NCBI GenBank assembly: GCA_964188305.1
Contig: OZ076885.1
Strand: one strand, 5' to 3'
Length of the DNA stretch: 64,000 bases
Source: Podarcis bocagei
Taxonomy: Eukaryota
The notes beneath the pieces were generated by a model, which ran no database searches, was not told where the DNA came from, and was given only the letters and a program-made list of their open reading frames with translations. Shown piece by piece: positions 12,830-25,601 of this stretch (position 1 is the stretch's first letter; each line of letters begins with the position of its first letter). Position numbers and translations under genes: made by a program.

Positions 12830-13860
12830 TAGCGAGCTGCGGCATTGTGTTTCCACCCGCGCTTCTCCCTTGGACATTTATATGTCTTAAGGCGACGATT
12901 ATAGTCCAAGAGACTAAGCAAGTGAACCTTGGTGGCGGCGGAGCATGGATAGAAACGGGATCGGGGGTGGTGTTGCTTGTGCAACGCAGGAAGGTATGCG
13001 CGAAGATGCTGCGGGCAAAATGCATGGGAGCTTGTTGCTGCCGAGCCGGGTAGCCGGCCGGCCACGTAAAGGAATGCCCTCCTGCAACGCAGAGAGAGAA
13101 GCCCACCCGTTTTCATCCCGTCCTCCCTCCGTGTCCTTCGCTCCTGGTATCTCAGCCCGGCGGGCGGCTCCGGGTTTGTAACAAGCCGGGCGACTACTGG
13201 CAAAGTGAGAGGAGGAGGGCGGGCGGGCGGGCGGGAGAGACTGAGCCCCCGGCGGGTGCGGCGCCTGGTGCCGGAGCAAGCAAAAGGAGAATCCCCCTTT
13301 GGCTGTGGCAGGTCCCGGCATGGCGAGGGATGCCTGGAACTCGTGTCCCGCGGCGGAGGGGCGACTGGCGCCCCGCTGTCAATAAGAATCCAGGTTATTG
13401 GGGTGGAGGAGGAGGAGGAGGAGAGCGGGGGGCATTCCAACCTGGCCTTGCCCTCCTGGTTGCCGGGCTCGGGCAGCAAAGCAATTCCTTATTGGAGTAG
13501 ATTGATTTTTCCACCCGCCGCGTTTTCCGATGGGCTGCTGAGCAAGAAGAGCTCAACCGGGGCCGTGCAATTCTCGTCCGTAGCTGCCGCGCATTTTTCG
13601 CTGAGATTTGCGCGGGATAATCTCCCGCTGGACTGTGCCGGGTGAGGCAACTATGACCGCCTCCCGCTCTGCCGCCCTTTGCATGGCACCCCAAGCTGCT
13701 GCCTCACTCGGGTTAAAAACAAACGAACAAAAACAGCCCGTGGTCGCCACTCGAGCAGCAGCCTCTTGTCCAGTCAGCCAGCCCTCCTGTCACCTCGGCG
13801 GGGAAAGCTGCAGTACTTCCTTCCTGTATAGTCCAGTCCCACGCAGCCGTAGGCAGACAT
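12830..13860. promoter_or_regulatory. Intragenic CpG island in WNT6 intron 2 (candidate enhancer or alternative promoter)
   Basis: About 1 kb of CpG-dense, apparently TE-free sequence within a CpG-depleted intron; contains (GGGC)4GGG. Confidence 0.7.
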
Positions 13861-14460
13861 TTAAAGCACATCGCTCCAAAGAATCCTGGGGACTGTAGTT
13901 TACCTTTTACGGAGCTACAGTTCCTAAAACCCTTAATAAATTACAATTCCCAGTATTTTTTGGGGGGTGGGGAAGTGCGTTCACTAGTTTTAAAATGTCA
14001 CCAGCGGGCCTACTGATTACAGTGGGCCTTACTCCCAGCATAAGGCTGCAACGTTAGACTTACACAGATAGCTGGAGTTTGAAATTAATATTGGAGGCCG
14101 AGATAGGCCTCTTTGGGTGATAGCTGATTGGAGGCAGGGCCAAGAGGTTCTTAAGCCTGGCAGCTTAGTTCTACTAAGGAGCAGAGTTTACTTCCTCTCA
14201 CCCTACTTTTAAAATGTGTTTAACAACGGGGAGGCAGAAACTGAACAGGTGCACCCACCCCACCTGGAACTGCAGTGGGAGGAATCTTCACTGGCTGGAT
14301 TTCTGCTTGTTATGGTTTTTTAAAGGCCGTGCTTTTTGCCAGACTTACCCCTGGCAGGCCCATGAACTAGTGGCTTGTTTGTTTGTTTAAACCTGACTCC
14401 ATTTGATGTTCTCCATTTCTTTCTTCTTCCCCTGCTCTGTCCTCTCACTCTCTTACACAG

Positions 14461-14762
14461 ATATCCGGGAGACAGCCTTTGTCTATGCCATCACAGCGGC
14501 CGGCGTGAGCCATGCCGTCACCCAGGCCTGCAGCATGGGCGAGTTGCTGCCATGCGGTTGTGAGGCGACTCGGAGCCGGTCCCCTCCTCTGCCCCCCGCC
14601 ATCACAGGGTCAGAGGGCTCTGCTTGGGAGTGGGGCGGCTGCGGGGATGACGTTGACTTTGGCTATGAGAAATCCCGCCAGTTCATGGACGCTAAGCGCA
14701 AGCGTGGCAAGAGCGACATTCGAACTCTCATTGACCTGCACAACAACGAAGCAGGACGCCTG
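14461..14762 (+). CDS. WNT6: Wnt-6, coding exon 3
   Basis: Acceptor tcttacacag, donor CTG|GTAAGG; phase 1 in, phase 0 out. Encodes DIRETAFVYAITAAGVSHAVTQACSMGELLPCGC...WEWGGCGDDVDFG...LIDLHNNEAGRL. Confidence 0.97.
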
Positions 14763-17142
14763 GTAAGGGCAGCCTCCCCTCACTACTTGGGTATCTGGAA
14801 TCCTCTCTCCACAGGCAACCCTGCCTTCTTCCTTGGTGGGTGGAGAGAACTGTGACTGCCCCATTACCTGCCAGAACGTGGCCTGCTTAGGCTTAACTTG
14901 GCTGCCCGTCACATCCTCACTTCCACTCCAGTGACGCAGCCCTGCCTTGTGTCCAGACCTATTTCTATGGTCAAGGTCATCACCCCAACTGCTCTCACAC
15001 AGCTTGAGCCCTCATCCGGTTCTAGGGCTAAGGATTGCTGTCATGCATGTGCATTTGGCCATGCTCTGTTCCATGCAGTAATGGGGCAGAGTATCCTGTG
15101 GCTACAGCAGCATGCTGTAGTCCCTTTTGCTTGCAGACACTGTCACTACTGCTGCCATGTTATCTGCTAATACTGTACAGGCACATCTATATGTGCACAT
15201 AAAGCTGGAGGTAGGGGCTTTAGGACCAACAAGTAGAGAAAATCAGTGTAGGTTTTTCTGTTGGGCATATTTTCTTGGGGTAATCTGTTGGTGAGTGAGG
15301 GGAAAGCCAGCAGTGGCCCAGAGCCAAAAGTGGAAGGGTCCACCTCTTTTCTCCCCATTCTTTCTGACACCCCTCCCCCCTCTCTCCCACACACACCCTC
15401 AATTTTCTCTTCCTCTGCCCCCTTCCCCACTGCCCTAAAGGCTGCCAGAAATTGGGTAGATTGCTCATTCCAGAGGGCTGAATTCAGCGCTTGCAGAGGG
15501 ATAAAAAAATTTGGCCAAAGGCCACATAAAATTAGATCAAGGCCTGCAGCCGGTGGCAATATAGGGCACAAGTGCCACTGCCAGGTATTTGGCCATCCCT
15601 GCCTCACTGGGCCTCATTTCCATGGTACAGCAAGCCAGAGTTCCTGCCCCAACACTATGCCAAATATTAATTCATTTGAAATATGTGTAGAACAATTTGG
15701 ACACTTTTTACTATTGGGAGTTGGAGGAACACTTTCCTGCCAGAGAATCCGTACACAGCTATACCATAAAATCCCACACATCAGAGTAACAACTGATTAA
15801 CGAAAGTATTCATACCCACCTCAAATTCATATCTAAAAATCATCCTTTAGCTGATCAGGCCTGCTTTAAGCTGTTGTCCCTTAACTTTAGTTGGCCATCA
15901 TTTTTAACGGTGCAAAAATGCTACTAGAGTTGGATGAAGTGTTTATTCCCAACTCTCCATCCCAAGCATGCACTCTCTCTCTTACCCACCCACATCAAAC
16001 TCTTTGTATTTTCCCTCCCTTTCTGCAAGCTTGCTTCTAACTTCATGATTCAACCCTGTATGCCCTATAACCAAAGCATGTTCCCTTGATAGGCTAGACA
16101 CCTCTTTCAACCTGCCTTCATTGCCTGCCACCTGAATTTCCCTCTGTAATCTTTAGGTATCCTCTTCCTCCTCCTGCCTCTGCCTGTCTTTTCCATCCCC
16201 TCAATCAGTCCTGGGGCTCATCCTGGATTACCACCAAAAACATACTGGTTGGCAGAACAAGAAGATTTCATGATCCCCATCAGAACCATCAATTTATCAA
16301 TGGATAATAATACAAAAGGCCAGAGGGGACAGTTAGACAGTTTATGAACAGGTATGCAAAGCAGACAGATCTATGCACTTACATGCATAGAGAGCTCATG
16401 TGATGTAGTACTGAAATGTGGGAGGTGCATGAGCCTGGATCAAATCCAGTAGCAACAAACTCTGTAGGGGTAGATTTAGGCAACTGGCAATTTCAACCCA
16501 CCACCCTCAATATGAGGATAATAATACTGGCCTACACTGCAGGGTTGTTTTAGAATTCTTGATATAGCATATGTAAAGTGTTCCAAACGTTCCAGGACTG
16601 TATCACATAAATGCTAAATATTACTGTTGTATTACATGCTCTCACATGTAGAAGAGGGTAACCCAGTCAGAGTCTTTTAGTCCATATTCAGAATATGGGA
16701 AGGAGGTGGGGACAGGGAACCTAGTTCTCCTGAGATATTATCTCCTTCATAATCTGGCTTCTAAAGCATGGTGCTGTTGACATCACCTCCCTCCTCTTTT
16801 GTGAATATAAGGCACTGATAGGCAATGTCATTCTCAGGGTCTGAGGGCCAGAACACAGTAATCTGACTGTGGATGACATGCATTTTCATTTTCTCTTTTA
16901 GGCTCAAAATGAGCTATCTTCCACCCCACCTTCTCTTGTAGTTGAAAGCAGCCTCTGCCAACCTAGTGCCCTCCAGTTGTCTTGGGCTACAGCTCCCATC
17001 AGCCCCAGGCAGCATAGGCTGATGGGAGTTGTAGTTCAGCTCTGTGGTGAGCTGATGTTGATTTTGCCACTTTCACCATTGCAGTGTGTTCTTGGAAGTA
17101 TGAATTGTTTTCTCCAATGGCTGTTTCTTTTCCTCCTTCCAG

Positions 17143-17604
17143 GCAGTGAAGAACCACATGCGGACAGAGTGCAAGTGTCATGGACTTTCGGGTTCCTGTG
17201 CATTACGCACCTGCTGGAAGAAGATGCCCCCTTTCCGGGAGGTGGGAGACCGCCTCCTTGAACGCTTTAATGGGGCCTTTAAAGTGATGGGTGGCAACGA
17301 TGGCAAGACACTCATCCCTGTGGGACGGAATATCAAGCCCCCGGACCGGCAGGACCTCATCTACTCTGCCGACTCACCTGACTTCTGCGTGGCTAACCGC
17401 AAGACGGGTTCGCTGGGCACGCGTGGACGAGTGTGCAACAGCACCGCCATGGACATGAGTGGCTGCGATCTGCTATGTTGTGGGCGCGGCCACCACGACG
17501 AAACACTTCTCTTGGAAGAGAACTGCCTTTGCCGCTTCCATTGGTGCTGTGTGGTGCAGTGCCGGAAGTGCACGGTACGCAAGGAGCACAGCTTATGCAT
17601 TTGA
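17143..17604 (+). CDS. WNT6: Wnt-6, terminal coding exon 4
   Basis: Acceptor tcctccttccag. Encodes AVKNHMRTECKCHGLSGSCALRTCW (Wnt signature with the palmitoleoylated Ser) ... CLCRFHWCCVVQCRKC...CI, then TGA at 17602-17604. Confidence 0.97.
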   Translation, partial: AVKNHMRTECKCHGLSGSCALRTCWKKMPPFREVGDRLLERFNGAFKVMGGNDGKTLIPVGRNIKPPDRQDLIYSADSPDFCVANRKTGSLGTRGRVCNSTAMDMSGCDLLCCGRGHHDETLLLEENCLCRFHWCCVVQCRKCTVRKEHSLCI

Positions 17605-18117
17605 GTGGGTACAGAAAGGACACTGGGCAGGGATGGCCCAGAGCATGAGGGCAAGGATGATGCCCAACTTGCCACAGAATCCAAAGACAGGGAGCATAAT
17701 CAAGCCTGCTATGGGTTTGAGGGAACATGGATCATTCTGGACTGCCTTGGATCCCCAGAGCATGGAAATGGATTGTTTCTGAAACTTTGGTTCCCTGCGG
17801 TTTCCAGCACTTGTTGGTTATAACCTCCTCTGTGGCAGGGCCTACACCTCCATTACTCATTGACTGGACATACACTCCTGAAGATGGGAGACTGGTGTCA
17901 CCTGACATTCTCCCATCATCATCCTCAGCATCTTGGTCCTATGTGGGTCTCTGACTATAGGCCATGCACAGTTTCCCTGGAGGGAAGTGTTGTGCCTCAT
18001 TTATTAATGGATCTTTCCTGTGTTTGAGAGAACAGCAGAGGTTTCCTTGAGCTTGACTGCTCACTCCTGTGGCTTCCTTGCCCCCCTTCAGCTGGGGCTG
18101 CTGTTTCTCTCTGCATT

Positions 18118-18123
18118 AATAAA
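18118..18123 (+). terminator. WNT6 polyadenylation signal AATAAA
   Basis: Canonical hexamer about 510 nt after the stop codon, followed by a GT/T-rich downstream tract. Confidence 0.7.
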
Positions 18124-18757
18124 GCTATTTAAACTAACAGTGTCTTAATCCATTGTTGCAAAAGGAAGTGTTCACAAGTGCACTTAATACAGATGAGTAA
18201 TTTAACTAGAAGTTTAAACTATTTTTTTGTTCATCCCATAGGCATCTGGTTGCTCCACTGTAAGAATAGGATGTTGTGCTGGTTGGGCCTTTGGTCTGAA
18301 CTAGCAACAGGGTTTTATTATGTTCTTATCTAATCAGAGCATTTAGAGTGGTATGAAGGTGACTTTGCCTAACATTAATGCATTGCTGTTAAGTGACCTT
18401 GGGAGCATGTCCAAGAGTGTTGAGAGATTATGTCTCTTGCAGGTCAAGAGCTCCTGTGGAGTTAGAGATGCTGGGGTTGAATGGTGATGTATTTGATGTC
18501 GAGACCGCTCAGTTAGAATTTGGACTGATTTGGTATGAAAGGCATGTCCTATATGTTTTGTAGCTTTGCAACATTGTTCCTTATTTACACTGTCAAAGTC
18601 ACTTGTGGAAAACCTCTAGCACTTCACTTGTGCAGACGAACAAGTGAGGCTCCCAGCAGGTAAGTGACATGTGCAGGTAGGTCACACACATTCATCAAGG
18701 AGTCTTCATACACAAGAATTCATCAGCCTTTTTTTAGGTGTGTCAATTTGGGGGAGG

Positions 18758-18760
<3 letters not shown>

Positions 18761-18808
<48 letters not shown>
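18761..18808. repeat. (AAT)16 microsatellite
   Basis: Direct read. Confidence 0.97.
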
Positions 18809-18957
18809 TTCATCAATTCTTTCTCTTTTCCCCCTCCTAAGCTGCTTCGTAAGAATAAATTAATGCCAGAACCCTCATTCTCTTTCATGCATGGAGACAC
18901 GAAACACAGAATTCTTCCCTAATTAACTTACTGATGGCAGTTTGAAGAACCTTTTTC

Positions 18958-18973
18958 CCACCAGAGGGCGCCA
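18958..18973 (+). promoter_or_regulatory. CTCF-binding motif
   Basis: CCACCAGAGGGCGCCA closely matches the CTCF core consensus CCASYAGRKGGCRS and retains its CpG. Confidence 0.65.
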
Positions 18974-21084
18974 AGGGCTTAATGTAGCATTGCATGTTGC
19001 TGAGAAAGCAGCATTCTGGGTTAGACAGCATTGCTATTGTGAACTTCCAGGTGTGTGTGTCCTAGCAGAGTGGGTCAACATAGTCCAAGAGGGTGCATAG
19101 TCTGTTTTCTTTCTCCTGATGCAGCTCCTACTCCCATCTTAAGGATGAAGCCTCTTTGGACTGATTAGCTGTGCATCAGATTTATGCTGATGGGTCTACC
19201 AGGTGCAAAGATTCTACTAATGAGGAAAGGTGTAGAATCAACCAAAAACTGGAAGCAATAGTATTTGGCCTGGTTTTGATGAGATCAGAAGTGGGATTTG
19301 GGGGAGTATTAAGGACCTGTCAGCATGAGGAATTGTTTCTTGTTAAACTTCCCTTGCAGTTTTGTAATCACTGCCTTTGAGTCGTCTTTCTATGCCTTTT
19401 TCTTGATTGCGATCTCCTCTGATGTTGCACTGACCCTAGTAGTCATGCAGATTAATCATGCACCTGCATCTGTTACTGGCTTACACACTATGATCTCATG
19501 AGAGGTGTGACAGCCTTGGCCTTGGGAACCTTAGTGCTGGAGGGGAGCAGAGATAAAACTTGGAAGACCTAAGATTCTGAGCACCAGCATCTATACAATT
19601 TATGTCAGTGGAACACAGGCTTCCAAGCAGCATTTTATCAGTGCATATTGATTGCTCAGCAGCCTCAGATGAAAAAAGATATACCAAATCTATATTTATG
19701 CCAATTAAAACTGAAAAAAGTTCCCCCACCAAAGAAAGAAGCCTAGTATTGTATGGCTTCTGGTCAGGTGGGAAGCTGTGGACATGCAATCAGACATGAG
19801 GCCATACATGCTGCTTGTTTGCATATAGGCAAACATGCATGCGGGCACATACACACAGACCTCTACTTGCCCTCTGTTGGTTCATTGCTTCCCCCTGTGC
19901 TGCAGCTGGGATGTGTAGAGCGGGTAGCTCAGTGTACCATGACGGGGATAGGAACATCTGATTCTTCCAAAGTGAAGCCATGTGTCAGCCTCACCACAAC
20001 ACAGGCAGATAATGAGAGGTTTCTCCCAGCATGGCGGGAGCAGCAAAAGGGGTTCCTCTGGGCTTTCTTGCCCCAGGCGTTACTAGAGGGTTCATTGCAG
20101 GTCACAATGGAACTTCCCTGCTATCATCATCATCATCTGGCTTGAATTGTGGTTTTCAAACTGCTCCCTGACACTGGGCAGGAAGGTGCACACAGAAGCA
20201 GCAGTCAGCTGGGTTTAGGGTGGGGTTTTCTTTTTGTAGGATCTTCCCCCCACCTAGAAGTATTCAGTCTGCCCTTTTCCAGTTGCTGGGAATTGCAAGG
20301 GAGGAGCATGTTTTTGCACCCAGGCCCTGCTTGTAGGCAACTGGTTGGCCACGGTGAGAAATGGATGGTGAATTAGTTGGCCCTTTGGCTTTATCCAGCA
20401 GGGTTTGTTTTGTTTTGTTTTGTTATTACCGCTCTAAGTCTCTCCCGGACTCTCATGCCTGTAGTTCCAAGAGCAAGGGTCTCCTTGCTGTGCTGTGTGT
20501 ATAGCTGAATTTCCCTTTTCCTACAATGGGTTTCAGTTATCACATATGACCTTACTTACAAATACGATAAAAACCATATAAGATGCAAGTAACGCAGCAA
20601 CAGACTCAAATACAATGCTGTCTTGCCTTGCCATTCAGACACAAATTCTGCCTTCATCTATCACTCCACCAACCATGTTGCCCCCTTAAATGGGTCTTTT
20701 CAGCTTCCTGTATCATAGGACCAGACCTGCTTGTAGCTTGCCTCAGTTTCCTGCCCCCCATTCCACCCCTCCCCTCCCCAGCTTCAGTTCAGTTCCTGGT
20801 GCTATTGAATTTCAAGTCTCTCTTCCCACATGACTTCCCTCCAAGAATCCTGGGAAATGTAGTTTCTTAGAGGTGCTGGGAGTTGTAGCTTTGTGAGGTG
20901 CAAACCACAGTTCCCAGGACCCTTTGCGGGGAAGTAATATACTTTAAATGTATGGTGTGTACTGCAAAATCCCCACCTGAAATTAAAGTCCCTCAGCTTC
21001 TTTGTTGCAGAGTTCTTAGGGTTTTTAGGCACATCACCAATTTCAGAAGACGGGGAAATGTAATTATTGCGGATTGTTTCTCAA

Positions 21085-21178
21085 TACGTTCTACTGAGAG
21101 TAGACCCATTGAAAATAATGTGCATAAGTTCATTAAGTCAGGGTCTACTCTGAGTATGGCTAATGTTGGATACAAACC
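21085..21178. repeat. Hairpin-type ancient interspersed repeat (related copy about 7010-7135)
   Basis: Inverted repeat agagtagaccc...gggtctactct with a ttggatacaa end. Confidence 0.55.
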
Positions 21179-24100
21179 AGCATTCAGAAGACAGAGAAAT
21201 ACAGAATTACGTCAAACATGACCCTGTACGGTTGCGGCTTCGTGTTTTGTCCCGCCTTAAGTTCAAGTTTATATGATTTTTTAACCATAGGTCATTACAA
21301 ACCTAATTGCACAGTATAAAACTGTATTAAAACAATATAAATGGTGAAAATACTGAAATAGTAAACCAAATAATCAAATTAGGATAATGACAAGTGTCAC
21401 CATGACGGATCCCAGTGTTAATTTTAGTTTCTGCACTGCCACAGCAAATAAAGAAACTGGGCGGGTGACAGACGTGTTTCTTTTGATCTCTCAGTAAAGG
21501 ACAATTTTTGTTCAGCTCATTCCCAAGGCTATAAAATGGGACACCGGAACAAAAAATTTGGTGTTCTGGAATGTACGAATGAAACACCTCCATGAAAAAT
21601 ATCCTCCACACAAACATTGGTTAACTGAAAGCTTGCCGTAACATCCCTCCAATGTCTGAAAATCTTGGAGCCATAATAAAGGCTATAATAATAAAGAAAG
21701 AGCAGTGCTGGATTTAGGGTGGTGCAGGCAGTTCCCCTGCACAGGGCACAAAGCTGAGGGGGCGCAAAATGGAGAAGATCAATAATTGAGAAGATCCATT
21801 TGGGGGCATCAAATTTTGGCCTCACACAGGGCACCATATTATGAAATATTACCAAAGGCCGTTGCTGAAGAAAGGTATCACAATATTGGACCCTTTTATA
21901 TATGGAAAAATAATAATGATTCATCTTCATGCCCTGATGAATGCTGTAATTGTTAATTCTTCTTTTTAACCAAAATTTAGTATGCCTTGCCTCTGTTTCT
22001 ACTTAAGGAAGTAAATCTAGGCCATCCTGCTGATCTAAGCTTACACACTGCTGCACTCAGTTCACATTAACTTTTTTTTCCTAGCTAGAAAGAATGTGGG
22101 TTCTTCATAAGGCAGGGCTTAAGCCAATGCAGAATGAGGGTTTCATTAGCAGATCTTAAAGCCTATTACTGTTCACAGTTGAGCTACTGGAATGCCTTGA
22201 GGCAGAGCAAGGTATGATCGTCAAAATTTTTTTTGAAGGCTTTCAAGGGAACTAATGCTTTCACGTCCCCACACCTAGAGTTGACAGAGCTATGGCATCA
22301 TCTTTCTTATGAATATATTCAGTGCCGGAATTACTAAGTTTCCACCTGTTCCACAGGTAAAGTTCCACATTGCTTAAGAAGTTTTGAAAGTTTTAAATTT
22401 AACAATGTGCTGGGGTAGCCAGGAGCATTTTCCAGGGAAAGTATATCCAGAAATGTAAAGGTTTTGACCTGTTCAATTACATGCCCATCCATAGTCTGTC
22501 TGTACCTGGGGCAGGGGTTGTGGTTGTATTTTACGAAACACTACAACTTTTGCTTTGGAATAAATTATTAGTAATTCCTTGCAGAAACTTTGAACATCTC
22601 TCATTAGCCTTCTCAAGTTTATCTATGTATGTGAAACCAAAACCATATTGTCAACATGCATTAAAATAATCAACTATGTTCTAAAATGGAGACCAGGAAA
22701 TATTTCACCTCCTTCCTGTTCACTTATTATTACATAAACCCTAAACAAAAATGAGAACTGGCGAACAGTCTTGGTATACATCTCTTTCAGTAGGTATTTT
22801 ATCAGAATTGAATTTCCTTCTATTTCTACTGGAATAGCCAAACTGGAACAGGTTGCCAGGAACAACCACAGTGAGTGACAACAGAAGAATCACCAACAGC
22901 TTAAATGCTTCCTCTCTCCCCACCTGTAGAACATTGAAAAAGTACCACCAGAATCAGCAATGTCAGCTGTACTAAACATGGAAACAGCATAATGCATGTG
23001 AGTAACTTGTGAGCAATACATGTTCATGAGAGAGAGCAATATTGCTCCAAGCAACATCACAGCCAGACACTCAACACCGTAAGGCCACAAGTGAGCGAAA
23101 TAGTGAGGCCAGGTTCATGCCTTAATTCAGCAACATACGAAGACAGAACCACATGTCCCTACAATGAACATATTTAGTTAGGCAGTGATGCAGAATGGGA
23201 GGCACATCCAACATTGTAGTGCCACAAAAAGCTGCCAAGTTACTTAGGCACACCAGTCCTCTGTGAATTAGCTACTTTAAGGGAAGAGATTGTAATGGAG
23301 TCTGGGGGTGGAGAGAAAGACCTGCTGTTCGAGTGACTGTGAAATCATCTCTTTGGCTCTAGTAAAACAGCAGCAGGAAGGGGATACCTTCACTTGGAAC
23401 CAATTATGTCATTAAGGTTTGGAGACAGATCAAAGCACTTCCCTTCATATTTAACTGGAAATTGATGTGTGTATTTAGGATCCCCACAAGCATCTGCACT
23501 TCTCAAAGCAGCTGTTGTGGTCTCCCACTGGCAGGGGAAGTTGTGGGCCTAACCAGGTAGTGTGGTCCTCAGGTGGGAGTTGGTACCAAGCAGGGAGGTG
23601 ACTGACACTGAAGACTGCGGAGAGACTTTAAGTGGTTTCTACAACAAGTATGGGTGATGGAGAAGGAGGAGAGAATGCCAAAAAGCAAATTTAGTTTGAA
23701 GAATCACAATTTTGTTTTAGTGGAAATTCCCTGAAATGTGATTTTTTCAAAGGCTATTAATAGAAGAAGAATAAATATACTCTGTTTATTAATTTTGTTC
23801 AAGGTCAAACCAGTTTTTAATTAATAACGTATGGTCCTTGTGAATAAACTAGCAATTAAAAAAACCCCTCTGCTTCAGGTGTTTGGGGGTATCAAAATGC
23901 TTGTCTGCATAGGCATGTGTCTGTGTGTACCAAAAATGTGACCAACACATGTTCGGCAACCCCCTCAGCTCCAAAAAACAACAACACACATTTCACTTTG
24001 AAAGGTGTATTTCATCCAGAGATTTTCTACTGGAAACGATAGGCCCCCAGTGTGCCACACATAATCTGAGGAAGAAACTCGGATGAATGTCCGAGTTACC

Positions 24101-25523
24101 TGTTGCGGCTTATGTAGCTACAAACACATTATGGCTCAAATAATATTCAAATGGTGTCTCATAAAGTTCAATCTCTGAAGTGAAACAATTCTGGGCCTAG
24201 CCAGGGCAGGGGTGTTGCATTCCATTTCACTGCCTGAGGTGTAACAGGAACGTGACACGCCACTGCAGCCTCCCTGACCTGGGTTGCGAAGGGACAGCGA
24301 GTTCTGGCAAGATCTCGTGAAATCTCTCCAAGATCTCTTGAGATCTCATGTGAGATCTCACAAAGTTTTGAAAATCTCTCGTAAGATTTCAGAAGCCAGT
24401 GCTGCTGTCAGCAGAGGCAGCAGGGCGGGCAAGGTTATCCAAAGCAACTGCCTCACCCTGCCTCACAGATTAGACAGCTCTGCTCCATTGGGAGAACTGT
24501 CCTTGTTCCTACTCTCTGCTTCCTCTTGACCAAATTCCTGATCCACAAGAGGACTGGGCTCTTTTTCCTTTCTCAGGACTCTCTGGAGGAGGGGGAATGC
24601 GTTTTAAATGTATGGTGAGTCTGCAGCCACCACCTCCTATCTCCTCCCACCTACCTCCAGCCTGAATTCGTGTCACAGTGAAAGAAGCTTCCTACAGGCC
24701 AGACTGAGAGGGATTGAAGAGGGTGAGGCCTAATTTTCAGCTTTCATTGCTCCCAAGGAGACAAAGACTAGTACTTTATCTGGGACATGGCAGATTGGCA
24801 CTTAAAGGGGTGTTGTTCTCAATGGAATGAACTCAAGACTTTCCTCTTAATTCCACTGTTGATTGTTTATCCTGCCCAACCCCATCTCTATGGAAGGAGA
24901 TCAGATTAGAAAGTCTCTGGTGAGTCTGGAAGAAAATCCAGCATTTTCTGTGATTCAGCTGCCAGTGCTGTTGAGTAAGGCCCCTTTATTGCTAAGGTTT
25001 TATCAGGGATCTCGAGACCCTTGAAAGGCATTAAGGGCCTAATATGCAAATCTCTGTTGCCCTAAACTGTTGCCTTGTAACTAGAAGGCTGATATTGAAA
25101 GGTGACTTCTCCTGGGTCACCTTGATCACTACTTCACTGAAACTGTGTATATAAATCGAAGATGGGGAACTTGTGGCCATCCAGTTATTACTGGACTCCC
25201 AGCTTCCATCAGCATAGCCAATATAGGCCCATGGGATTCTGGGAGTTGTAGTCCAGAACACCTGGAGGGCAACCAGTTTCCTATCGCTGATATAAATGTT
25301 GCTTTACCTTCTGATGGAAAGGCCAAGCCTCCTCAAAACTGTCAACAATAAGGAGTTTAAAATCTTTCATTAGTCTCTGGCGTTTAGTTGATGAATTACA
25401 TTTTAGGGCAATTATATATTGCAAAAGAGCTGTGGCTTAGTGGTTCAGTCCCTGGCATCTCCAGGTTGGGCTGGGAAAGATTCTTGTCTGAAACCCTGGA
25501 GAGCTTCTGCCAGTCAGCCATAA

Positions 25524-25601
<78 letters not shown>
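25524..25601. repeat. (AAT)26 microsatellite abutting a truncated tRNA-derived SINE (about 25425-25520)
   Basis: Direct read; the upstream SINE-like sequence reads tggcttagtggttcagtccctggcatctccagg...gaaaccctggagag. Confidence 0.95.

Noticed and set aside
12825-13898. ORFs of up to 216 aa in the intronic CpG island
   Set aside because: Pro/Arg/Gly-rich, no recognisable domain, present in all frames; a GC-content artefact.
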